A DNA stretch of 64,000 bases from the human T2T-CHM13v2.0 reference genome, Homo sapiens, in the NCBI RefSeq assembly GCF_009914755.1, contig NC_060937.1. One strand, 5' to 3'. The notes under the pieces are model-generated. The model was given only the letters and a program-made list of their open reading frames with translations. It did not search any database and was not told the DNA's origin. Numbering within the stretch: position 1 is the first letter of the stretch; every line of letters begins with the position of its first letter. Shown here piece by piece: positions 1 to 11,603 of the stretch. The position numbers and the translations under genes were made by a program.

Positions 1-297
1 ACACACATGCAGCACACATACAACATACACAACACACACAATACACACACATGCAGCACACATACAACATACACAACACACAATATACCTACCCCACACA
101 CACACACAGAACACACATCCACACACAACACACATGTAGCATGAACACATACCCCATACACACATACAACACATACACCATACATACTACACACACAGCA
201 CACACACAACAGAAACACACAATACATATAATACATACAACATACATGCATACACATGCAACACACACACACACACACACACTTTGACCACCACACA
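1..297. repeat. Degenerate CA-rich low-complexity tract, continuing beyond the window start
   Basis: Almost only CA/ACAT/CAACA units; acacacatgcagcacacatacaacatacacaacacaca occurs twice in the first ~85 nt. Confidence 0.9.
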
Positions 298-299
298 CT

Positions 300-610
300 C
301 CCTTGCCAAGTTCCTACTCATTTTTCAGGTCTCAGTTTAAATGTCACTTCTCCAGAGATCTCCTCTGACCCCTGGTCTCAATTCTGACCCTCTCCCACCA
401 TTCCTTCTCAGCATTCTTCTCTAGAATATGTATCACAACTTGTAACAAGACATGTTTTGTTAACATCTGTCTTCCCCACAAGACTGCAGGCTTCATGAAG
501 GGAGACACCATGTCTTGATTTTCCTCACCTTTGTTTAACTAGCACTAAGCACAATGCCTGGCACATAGTAGAATCTCAAGAAATATTTGTTGAATGAAAG
601 AATGAATGAG
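300..610 (+). mobile_element. LINE-2 (L2) 3' end fragment
   Basis: Ends in the typical L2 terminus gcacaatgcctggcacatagtag...aatatttgttgaatgaa...aatgaatg. Confidence 0.75.
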
Positions 611-1604
611 ATCGTAGCCTGGAAGTATATGACCACCTGCTGGTTCCATACCTGGCATGTCCCACGTGGGATGAGCAAAGGCCCTGAGGGCTTATGTGAC
701 CCATGAGCTGGTCCCTGGTGTGAGCCCACCTTACTGGCCCTAGCTGAGGCTCCTAGCTCCCAGTTCCTGGGAGGCTCTTCACAAGCACTCTGCAATGGCG
801 CTCTCCATCCCCATCTCCGTCTCCACCCCACAGAAGCTGCACCAGTCCCTGCCACTAGGCACTGGACCCTCCCTCCCTTATCTCTCCAGAAATAGTGTGT
901 TACCAAGAACTAAAAGGGAGGAAGAGTTAAAACAAAACAAAGCAAAAAACAAATCCTAGCTGCCACAAGGAAGATTTTTCCCAGACATTTTTGTCTTTAT
1001 TTCTTGGAATAAAATCAGAAGACACTATTTTTGACACCTCTGTTTTGTTTCACAATGATACACAAAGACGCTTTACGCTTCTGCACACTGCCCTGTACCA
1101 TTTGGCTATGACAAGTTGCTTTGATAACCAACAGCTTTTGTACACTGATGCATATCCTGGCAAATCTTATGCCTTAACAAAAACTTCCTTACAAATTGTT
1201 CACTGTGTCAAATAGCTTGTTTTATTTTGACAATAGCTTATCCATTAGGATTTTACAATCCTATAGGATCCATTACTAAAATTCTGTTACGTAGAGTCTC
1301 CGAGGGTTTGAATTAGTGTGCCTCAGACATCCGTGGTGCATAATTCTTCAAAATATTAATACTAGATTGTACTAGGGTTCAGGGTTGTCTCTTAAAATGT
1401 GGACACTTACACAAATACCCTGTAGAGTTGAAAATAATTTTAAACATAAAATATTTGAATAAGTACAATTAAGTAGCTTTTAACATGTTTGGTGTGAAAG
1501 TTTATTCTGTGGAAGAATCAAAGAGCCAGTCAAAATACTACTAAATGTATGATTCTGTACTTACTGAAAATGAAATATCATATAGAAACATTTATCTTTC
1601 TTTT

Positions 1605-1810
1605 GATAATAACATTTACTCAGTGCTTACTATGTGCTAGGCATTTTTCTAAGCCTTATGCATGTGTTAACTCATTTAATCACACAACAGTCCTGAGAAG
1701 AAGATACAATAATTATTTCATTGAACGGATGAAGAAAAAAGTCAAGTAATTGCTCAAAGTCATGCAGCTAAGAAAAGGTCGAGCCAAGTTATGAGACCAG
1801 AATCTGTGAG
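1605..1810 (-). mobile_element. MIR SINE relic
   Basis: ataataacatttactcagtgcttactatgtgctaggca matches the reverse complement of the MIR 3' end; core-like gtcaagtaattgctcaaagtcatgcagcta follows. Confidence 0.65.
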
Positions 1811-1994
1811 CTTGATTACTCCTCCATCCTCCTACCAACGGATAGGTCCATGCAAATAATTGTTTCCCATTCCCAAATCCCTATATATACATATCTTATT
1901 ATATTTAAAATTTTGTTATGCATCCCATTATTATACGAAAGATCATCATAGATTTTTATCCTCCCTGGATTTTAACTATTGCTAATGAATAGCT

Positions 1995-2200
1995 TGGCAG
2001 CGTGATGTAATTGGGTCAGGTAGGTCTGGATTTAAAATCTAGTTCTACCACTTACCAGTTATATATGGCCTTGGGAAAGTTTCTTTATCTTCTGAGCCCA
2101 TCTGCTATTTTGTAAAAATAGGGATCATTACTGCTGTTATAAGGAGAAAATGAGATGACCATATATAAATTGCTTGGCATGTAGGTGATCAATAACATTC
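1995..2200 (+). mobile_element. MIR SINE relic
   Basis: ctggatttaaaatctagttctaccacttaccag...ggccttgggaaagtt...tgtaaaaataggga resembles the MIR core. Confidence 0.6.
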
Positions 2201-4351
2201 TTTACTCCAAGTATGTAAGTAAGGACACTAGGAAATTACAGCAATTCTCACAAAAAAGAAGGTTTCATTGATAAACTACTAATTCAATGTTGTAAAATAC
2301 TTTCTATTAGCTGAAATAGCTTATATGGTTCCCTATGAGTCCCAGTTTTATCAAGAGATAAGAGCATTTATAAGAAAATTGTATTTTTCCAGCCAAATTG
2401 AAATGTGTGTGTGCAGCCACAAAGCATTACATTAAAAAACTAGTGATCAAATTGACAAGTATATGAGTGAATACAATATAACAGCCATACTGGTAGAAAT
2501 GTGGACATTTCATTAATTCCATCCTCATTTTCTGGAATTCTGCTTTCCCAAGTCTCTCCATTAGACCCATCTGTGCACCTTGAATACATGAGCCTTTCTG
2601 GGTGTCAGCTTCCAAGAGCAGTGTTTGTGGCTAAAGAGAGTTTGGAATGAGGTTAGAGAAACCTGGGGTGGCTTATCCTCTAAACAAGAAATGCATTCTG
2701 TATAACCCTCCTCCACCCCAGCTGATGGGCTGTGGCTATGTTTTGATCCTCATGGATACCTCACATCACAAATGATAGAATTGTATTTGGCCACCTGATA
2801 TAAAGGCAGCCAATTCAAAGACTTTGCACACATGAACTTTGTAGGAGCTGGCTCAATCTGAATGCTCTCTTGGAGATTTGATTTTAACAAACAAAGAGAC
2901 AAGCAATTGTCAAGGAAGAAAAGGAAGTAAAGTAAGAGATGCCTGAAGCAAGTTGACAGGGCTGGAGGGACCCTGGCAAGTCATAAAGCAAAGAGATTTA
3001 GGATTAAAAATTTTAAAAAGATTCAGTTTGCAAGAGAAGCAGATGAAGAGAGAAAAGAGAGATTCGTATACTACTTTGATTTAGATTAGTGTCCACTTCA
3101 CCTCTGTCTTTACAATAGACTTTCCAATATTTTCCCTGGAATGTCCATGTATACATAGGAAGCTGAATGAAACATCAACAATATGAACTTGAGACTAAGG
3201 AGACATGTTGGCATTACCCATTGTTATAGACTCTTATTAACAGCAAACAAGGACCTATTCCCTTTGGTGTCCTTGGCACCTGCCTGGTTATCCTCCCCAA
3301 AGAGGGTGACGCAACTATTAACGCTGCTAACAGTAGATCCTCAGGACAGCATTTGTTGATTAGCACAGATGCCCGGGACTGAACACAGGGCCCATGTCTG
3401 CCCTTCTCCATGGTGGTGGGGGAAGATTCAAACTCCAGAGAGGAAGTCTGAGCTGCCAAAAGTGCGGATGAAATTAGTGGGAAGCAGAGTGAGAACTCCA
3501 GATGTTTAGAATTAGGATGACTATAAACAAATTCATTTCCCCAGATCCCCCAAGCTTGCTTTTTAAAATTATTTTTATATCTGGTAAACAAATCAATACT
3601 CTCTTTTCTTGGCTGCAAATGGACTAATTCTTTAGGGAAGTATGATACTCAAACTGGTTCACAGTTTGCTCTTCTTTCTCCAGAAATTGTATAATTCACA
3701 CATCAATGTAATTCTTTCAATTGGTAGTTTTGAAAACTTGGGGATGAAGTATAAACACCGCCATATGCAATTACCCTTCCAGACTGGTTTTATGTACCCT
3801 GTCACCTAATTATTATTTTCCTTTGTTTTACCAGCTTTGGCTTCCAAATATTACTTTAGCCATAAACACTCTTCACTATGTCACATCATGACATCAGATT
3901 TGATACTCCTGTCATGGGAGGAACTCCTGTCATGAGGGCAAGGCAGGTATATAGAGTGACAGCTTTTGTGTAGCAAAGTAATCACTTGCAGATGATTATC
4001 TGAGCTCAAGCCTGAGAATTTCATCTATGTGTATATCACCAAGAAATGTCCACCCCTGCACACTATTGCCTCTTCATCCATAAGCTGAAAGAAAGAATGT
4101 CTTCAGCTAATCTGGAACACACATTTAAAATTCTTATTACTCTCTACTCCACAAATTTGTTACATAATTATTCATATTTGGACATCACTCTAGCATGTAC
4201 AGACAACTGTATAGCAAGTTCAAAGACTCCTTCTGATAGCCCACAATAGATATGCCCTTCTGATTACCTTCCATACTGTGTAGGGGAAGGACCTTTCCTT
4301 TCTCTCAGCAGTCACACTTCTTTGGAATCTTTTGTCAGGGTTTAGAATCTG

Positions 4352-4470
4352 AAAGGAAGAAAGGAAAGAAAGAAAGAAAAGAAAGAAAGAAGGAAGGAAG
4401 GAAGGGAGGGAGGGAGGGAGGGAAAGAAAGAGAAAGAGAGAAAGAGAGAGAGGGAGGGAGGGAGGGAAAA
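4352..4470. repeat. Polypurine microsatellite (GAAA)n(GGAA)n(GGGA)n(GA)n
   Basis: About 120 nt purine-only tract read directly. Confidence 0.9.
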
Positions 4471-4566
4471 ATCCTCAGGAAGCTTCTCTACTTAACATGT
4501 TCTTAAGATTAGCAACCTTGATAATCATGTAATGTTTGATTCACTTTTCCCCAACAAACACATGAG

Positions 4567-4578
4567 CATGCGCGCGCA

Positions 4579-4610
<32 letters not shown>
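4567..4610. repeat. (CG)n(CA)n alternating purine-pyrimidine tract about 100 nt upstream of an exon
   Basis: catgcgcgcgcacacccacacacacaca... read directly. Confidence 0.9.
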
Positions 4611-4709
4611 GGATCCTTGCTTTTGTGCATAAGAAGTGATTGTTCAGTGGTTGACTTTGGAGTTGCAAGCTACTTAAAATAGTCCTAAAACCAACACTTG
4701 TTTTTACAG

Positions 4710-4874
4710 GGCCGTTGTTCGAGAGAGAACTGCAAGTATCTTCACCCTCCGACACACTTAAAAACTCAACTAGAAATTAATGGAAGGAACAATTTGATTC
4801 AGCAAAAAACTGCAGCAGCAATGCTTGCCCAGCAGATGCAATTTATGTTTCCAGGAACACCACTTCATCCAGTG
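4710..4874 (+). CDS. MBNL2: MBNL2 coding exon, 165 nt: C-terminal half of CCCH zinc finger 2 plus start of linker
   Basis: Acceptor ttgtttttacag|GGC, donor GTG|gtgagt, phase 0/0. Encodes [55 protein letters not shown], with the muscleblind [10 protein letters not shown] motif. Confidence 0.97.
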
Positions 4875-6782
4875 GTGAGTACATCTTTATTCAGTGATGA
4901 GTTGGATGGTTACAGTGTTGGTATGGATGATGCCACGTTGACCTAGGGTGGCCTCTCTCCACTTTGTCACTTTGGTTACAATTAAAGCAAATAGCTTTAA
5001 AGCTCAATAGATGAAGGAAAATAGGCTTTTAAAAAAATTAATAGAAAAATATTTGTGGAAATAGGAGGCAAAGACAATTTCTAATCAATATCTGGGAAAT
5101 CTGTATCACTCCAACTCTTTTCACCAGTAACTCTCTATCTCAGCCATCTTAGAACGGAAATAGTTTTAACATGTTCATTTACAGTGTGAATTAATAATCT
5201 ATGTATCAATGAGTTTGTGATGCCTAAAAATATTTTGAGCCATGTAGTTCTATGGCACCATTTAAAGGATGAGGAAATTGAGAAACCAGAGAAGTTCAAT
5301 GATTTTCCGCAATGTCATGCAGCTAATAAATCTTGGAGCTGGGACTTAACTCAGACATGTTAGCAGAGCGCTTTCTGCAGTGTGTTCCAGGAAGATCCTA
5401 GTAACAGCCCCCAAAGAAGGATGTCAAATGCAGCAACACCAAGGAAGACCCTACCTGAGTGACTTAGGTCTCAACCTGCCTTTCAGAGGCCTGCAAAAGC
5501 TGTGACAGTTCTGACCATTGTCACAAGACCAAATGCCGGAGGGACTTAGCATATAAATATGTATTGCACAAGATTTTTTTCCCTGATTTCACCCTGTCTG
5601 AAAGTACTTCCTTAAAGGTCTGGAAATTGTTTTAGGAATGATATCCTTGGGGAAAAGGAGTGCATTTAATTTTAGTAGGTTTCATTTACATTTGTGAATT
5701 ATTTGTCAGAAACAAGCTCTTTTTTTTTTTTTTAAAGAAAGGCAGTGAGTGAAATGTGTTTGTTTCTAAAAAGTATGTGCACAAAAGGCTTTTGTATAAA
5801 AATCCCTTTATTGTAGGAAAAGTCTGCATGACTGAAACCTACTAAATTAGGAGGGATGGCTACCAGCAAATTTGATTTTCTTGTTGTGTTCCCTGTGAGA
5901 TGGGGTGTGGAGGGCAGGGCCTGCCCAAAGGAGAGTAGAGAATTCCGGCAGGTTGTCAGCCATTCTGCTTGTCTCCAGGCTTCTGTACAGAGTAGCCAGG
6001 AACCAGCTCTGCCCAGAGTAAAAGAAATGCCAGGTGCAGAGGGCTCCAAGATAAATAAGATACAGTGTTTTGGGGATAGACAGACACAAGAAAAGGGCAA
6101 AGTAAGATTCAAGCACAGGAAATGACGAGACTGGACAAGGAAAGCCTGCCTGGAGGAAGTCTCAAATAAGCCTCTTGTAAAGGGTGAGTAAGAATTCGCC
6201 CAGATTAAGGACTAGACGCAGATAGAGTTCTGAATATATTTAATCCCCAAAATAGGCATTTAAGTGGTTCTGTTTAAACTACACACATGTATAATTTATG
6301 GTTCTCTCTTTATTGATGCTCACATATAAACTATTTTATTAAATTACCTAAATGCTAAAATAATTTAGTTATACATATTAAATAATGTCTATAGCAATAA
6401 ATTTAGAGCCAGCAAAGTCAACATAATACCACCACATTATGTGTCTCACTTATTTGACTCATACACATCCTATCTATTTAGAATTAATAAAGACTGACCC
6501 TGGTACTCACTGGTGGCCGTGTTAACGAGAGAATCCCATCCCTGCTGTTAACTATTAGTTGAACTTTTTTTGAAAGTTATGGTTATTATTGTCTCAAATA
6601 TTAATTAGAAGCTCATAATCACCATTTCTCTATGAAAAATGAATATTACACTTAAATATTTTAATAGAGGTTTTTAAATCACTGGAAGTATTAGAATAAA
6701 AACTGTGACATGTTTAAAAATTACCAACTCTACAAACAAATTAATTCAGTCTCAGAAATGAATTAGTGACCTAGTAGAGTAT

Positions 6783-7248
6783 ACGTGGCTGAATAATGGC
6801 TCTCGGAGGTACCTGGAACCTATAAATGTCACCTTATAAGGAATCAGGGGCTTGACAGATGGGATTAAATTAAGAATCTTGAGATGGGGAGACCCTCCTG
6901 GATTGAATGCAGTTGCAAGCGTCCTTATAAGAGACGCTCATATAAGAGAGAGGGAGAGTTAGCACTGACAGAAGAGGAGCAAGGCAGTGTGACCACAGAG
7001 GCAGATTGGATTGATGTGGCCACAGCAGAGGAATGCCAGCAACCACCAGAAGATGGAAGAGTCAAGAAATGGATTCTCCCCTAGAGCCTCTGGAGGGAGG
7101 GCAGTCCTACCAACACCTTGATTTTGGCCCAGTGAAACCGATTTGGAACTTCTGGCCTCCAGGACTATAAAGGGATAAATGTGTGTTATTCTAAGCCAAT
7201 GGGTTTATAGTAATTTATAGCTGTTTACAGCAGTTACCGGAAACTAAT
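6783..7248 (+). mobile_element. MaLR solo LTR, MLT1C/D-like
   Basis: ggctgaataatggc...attaagaatcttgagatgggga...ggaatgccagcaaccaccagaag...ggattctcccctagagcctctggaggga...ttctggcctccaggact...ggaaactaa are MLT1 hallmarks. Confidence 0.75.
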
Positions 7249-7456
7249 AGATGCAAAAACTGCATAAGACAAGTCAATTGATAAAGAGAGTCAAGTATCA
7301 TTCCATTTTAGGTCTCATAAACTAAACTTCTTTACAGTACTGTGGATATTTCTTCATTCCCTCCTTCTTCTGTCCACTCCTGAACCCATTCCCCTGCAGT
7401 CTCTCACCAGTGTCCTCCATATTACCAAACCAACGGTCACTTTTTGCCTTTATTGT

Positions 7457-7801
7457 TGCTGTGGTCTGAATGTTTGTGTCCCACCAAAATTCACGTTGAG
7501 TCCTAACCTCTAAGGGCCTATGGGGAGGCGACTAGATCCTGAGGGTGGAGCCCTCATGAATGGAATCAGTGCCCTTATAAGAAAAGACATGGGAGAGACC
7601 CCTCACCCTCCTGCCATGTGCGGACACAGCAAGAAGGCACTGTCTATGAACCAGGGAGCTGGTCCTCATCAGACATCAAATCTGCGGGCACCTTGATTTG
7701 GGGGGTTCCAGCTTCCAAAACTGTGAGAAATTCAATTCAGTTGTTTGTAAGCCACCCAGCTTATGATATTTTATTATAAGCAGCCAGAATGGACTAAGAC
7801 A
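7457..7801 (+). mobile_element. MaLR solo LTR, MLT1A/A0-like, inserted in an L2 relic
   Basis: Starts tgctgtggtctgaatgtttgtgtcccaccaaaattca, contains ggagccctcatgaatggaatcagtgcccttataa, ends gcagccagaatggactaagaca. Confidence 0.8.
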
Positions 7802-8930
7802 ATTTCTTCTACCTCTCAGCGGTGCTCAAGTCATGTGATGAATCTCTCCTTTGTTAAACACTCCTTCCTCCGTCTCCTTTGCCCACCATTTTCCTCTTCC
7901 ATATGTTGAGGTTCCAAGAGCTGGATATTTCTTTCCATCTGTCCTCTCCCTTGTGGTCTCATCCATTCCTGTGTCTGTCAATCATCTATAGACTGAGGAC
8001 CCCCAAAAGTATGCATCCAGCCCAACCTCTCCTCTGAGCCCCAGGCTCACATATCCACCTTTCTACTGGCCTCACCTTTAAATTTCTTAAAGGAACTTGA
8101 CCCGTTCAAAATCAAATTCTTCCCATTTTAATAAATGGTACTATCAACTGGCAATCGAAAACCAAAACCTAGCAGACTCTTTCCTGAAATCACTGGAAGT
8201 ATTAGAATAAAAATTGTGACATGTTTAAAAATTATCAACTCTAGAAACAAATTAATTCAGTCTCAGAAATGAATCAGTGACCTAGTAGAGTATAGGTGGC
8301 TCACTGACATCCAGTTCAACAGCAAGTCCTGTCATATCTGCCCTGAACCCCATCCACTCCCCTGTTTCTCAGCTCCCTCATCTAAGCCACCATCAACCTT
8401 TTATCAAAATATCATAAAAGCATTTACTTCCTAATCTATCAATATCCACTCTTGCTTTACTCCATTATATCCCACAGACAACAACCAGAGGAATCTTTTT
8501 AAAACATAAATAGCATCCTGTCACTCCCTTATGTGCCCCTCCATGCTTTTCCATCTTACTGGGACAAAGCCGAAACTCTGACCTTGATCATGACCTATGG
8601 CTTCTGTGATCTGGTCACGACCCTGCCTACATTGCTGGGTGAACACACACAGCTCGTGTGTGTCCCAGCCTCTGCCTCTGCTGGCCTGTCCATGTCTTAG
8701 TGCTTTTCACACATTAACTCACCTCATTCATAAGGACTCCAGGTCCACCCCTGTAACCCACATGCAACCCCCAGCATTCTCTACCAGCGAGCCCTCCTCC
8801 TTCTTTGCTTATCCATACAAATGAACTGTAATTTTGTTTGTTTTCTTCTTTCTCATTAGGGCTTCAGTTCAATCAATGTACACAGTGTTCTGGCACCATG
8901 TCTGCACCAATAAATATTTATTAAGGGAAT
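7802..8930 (+). mobile_element. Degraded L2 relic
   Basis: ccagcccaacctctcctctgagccccaggctcacatatccacc, cagcaagtcctgtc and terminal caataaatatttt..gaatgaa resemble L2. Confidence 0.6.
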
Positions 8931-9419
8931 GAAAATTCAAGCCTTTCTCTCCCCTGACAACCCTTCTGTCTCAAATTCACAGTGTTTGAAAAGTCCCCTT
9001 CATTTATTCCTCCTAGCAGCTTTTCTCTCCCCAATTCCTGATAGAATAGGACAGGAATTCTTCCCTCCTTCCCTTCCCAGAGCGCGCACCGCCTTCATAT
9101 GTGCACTCAAGATAAAGAAGCAAGTGTGAGCGACCTTTAGGAGGATGGAGGTGGAAGAACCACGAGGGACAAGTCTTGCATGAGTCTTGTGCCCTCCGGA
9201 GCTGCTTCTGGCAGTAGAGGGAGGAGGCTTAGGAGACGCCGTGTGTCAGCCTTTTAGCGTGAGTGCCAGGCACGTACCCTTTAAAGCAGACGCATTCTAA
9301 ACGAGTGGGACGACGGCATTCTCGCCTACTGACTGCACTTTTGAGCCATGAAATACCTCGGGCCACTTGGCCATTACCCTTGGCTAAGCCCCCTTGCTGC
9401 TACAAAATAGCAAAGAATG

Positions 9420-11603
9420 TGCATGTTTGCGTGAGAGTGTGTTGAGTACGTAAGTATGAATGTGTAGTTAGTGTATATGTGCAAGTGTGTATATGTGTGC
9501 ATGCAGGTGTGTAGTGAGTGTATATATGTGTGCTAGTGTGCTATGAGTGCATGTGTTGTCTGTAGTGTATCTGTGTTGCATGTGTATTGTGAGTGTACGT
9601 GTGTTGTGTGTAGTGAATGTATGTGTGGTGTATGACTGTGTTGTGAGTATATGTGAGTGTACGTGTTTTTTGTGTGCATGAGTGTCCTGTGTGTGTAGTG
9701 TTATGTGTGAGAGTACATGAGTGTGTGTGTAGTGTGTTGAGTGCTGTGTGTGTATAGTGTTATAGTGTGAGTGTAAGTGTACATGAGGATATTGTGTATG
9801 AACATATGTGAATGTGAGTGTATGAGTGTACATGAGTGTGTTGTATGTGAGTGTGTGTATGATCATATGAGTGTGTTGTGTGTGAGTGTACATGAGTGTT
9901 GTGTTGGTGTGTATGAGTGTACACGAATGTGTTGGTGTTGTATGTGAGTGTACATGTGTTGTTTGTGTATAGTGTGAGTGTACATCAGTGCGTTGTGGGT
10001 GTGTGTACTGCAAGTATGTGTGTACGTGAGTGTATTGTGAGTGTATATTAGTGTGTTGTCAGTGTATATACTGTGAGTACGAGTGTATTGTGTATGTGTG
10101 TAGTGTATGTGTGTACATGTGTGGTATATTGTGAGTGTACATTAGTTTTGTGTGTACATGTGTTGTGTGTGTACATGAGTGTTATTTTATGTGAGTGTAC
10201 AGTGTGTGAGTGTACAAGTGTGTGTTGAGTGTACGAGTGTTGGGTGTGAATGTGTGTGTTGTGAGTGTATGTATGTGTGTACGTGTGTGTTGTGTGTTGA
10301 GTGTATGCAAGTGTATGTGACTGCTGTGTGTATAGTGTATGTGCGTGTACATGACTGTTGTGTATGGGACTGTTTACATGAGTGTGTTTGAGTGTACATG
10401 TATTGTGTGTAGTGAGTATATGTGAGTGTACATAAGTGTGTATGTGTGTTGTGAGAGTGTATGTGGGTGTGAGTGTACATGAGTGTGTTTTGTGTTGTGA
10501 GTGTACATGAGTGTTTTGTGTGTGGGAGGTGTAGGTGTGTTGTGAGTGTGTGTTGTGTGAGTGTATGTGATGTGTGTGTTGTGTTGTGAGTGTATGAGTA
10601 CACATGAGTGTTGTATGTGTTGTGTGTGTACGAGCGTTTGTGTGTATGTGGGTGTGTTGTGTTGTGTGAGAGTAGAAGTGTTTGTGTGTGTTGTGTGTCT
10701 GTTTTGAGTATGTGAGTATACATGGGTGTGTGTGAGTATATGCGTATCTGAGTGTATAGTGTGTATATGTGACTATACATGAGTGTGGTGTGTTTCGAGC
10801 ATGCAAGTGTTGTGTGTAGTGAGTGTACATGAGTGTGTGTGGTGAGTGTGGGTGTGTTTTGAGTGTGTGTGTATATGAGTGTTGTGTGTATGTGCGTGTT
10901 GTGTGAGTGTACATGAGTGTGTTGAGTGTATGAACGTTGTGTGAGAGTACAAGTGTTTGTGTGTAAGTGTGTGTGTTGTGTGTTTTGAGTATGTCAGTAT
11001 ACATGAGTGTGTGTTGAGTATGTGTATCTGAGTGTATATGTGTATATGTGAGTGTACCTGAGTGTGTTGTGTTTCGAGTACATGAGTTTTGTGTGTAGTG
11101 AGTGTACATGAGTGTGTTGTGTGTGTGGTTGTGGGTGTTTTGAGTGTGTGTGAGTATACATGAGTGTGTTGTGTATGTGTGTTGTGAGTGTATGTGTATG
11201 TATGAAAGCGTGTTGTGTGTGTTGTGTATGAGTGTGTTGTGTGTATGTGTTGTGTATATGAGTGTGTCGTGTGTGAGTGTATGGGAGTGTGTTGTGAATG
11301 TATATGAGTATGTGTTGTGTATATGAGTGTGTTGTGTGTGTGAGTGTACGTGTGTTGTGAGTGTATGGGAGTGTGTTGTGAATGTGTACGAGTGTGTGTA
11401 TGAGTATGTGTTGTGTATATGAGTGTGTTGTGTGTGAGTGTACGTGTGTTGAGTGTATGGGAGTGTGCTGTGAATGTGTATGAGTATGTATTGTGTATAT
11501 GAGTGTGTTGTGTGTGTGAGTGTATGGGAGTGTGTTGTGAATGTGTATGAGTATGTGTTGTGTATATGAGTGTGTTGTGTGTGTGAGTGTGTGTGGGTGT
11601 GTT
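9420..11603. repeat. 2.2 kb degenerate TG-rich tandem array with higher-order units
   Basis: Recurrent gtgagtgtacatgagtgtgttgtgt motif and internal duplicated blocks (see findings). Confidence 0.95.

Larger units (their letters stand above)
6676..8301 (+). repeat. Dispersed direct repeat: 115 nt copies at 6676-6790 and 8187-8301
   Basis: aaatcactggaagtattagaataaaaa...gacctagtagagtata(c/g)gtggct; 5 mismatches in 115 nt by manual alignment. Confidence 0.92.
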
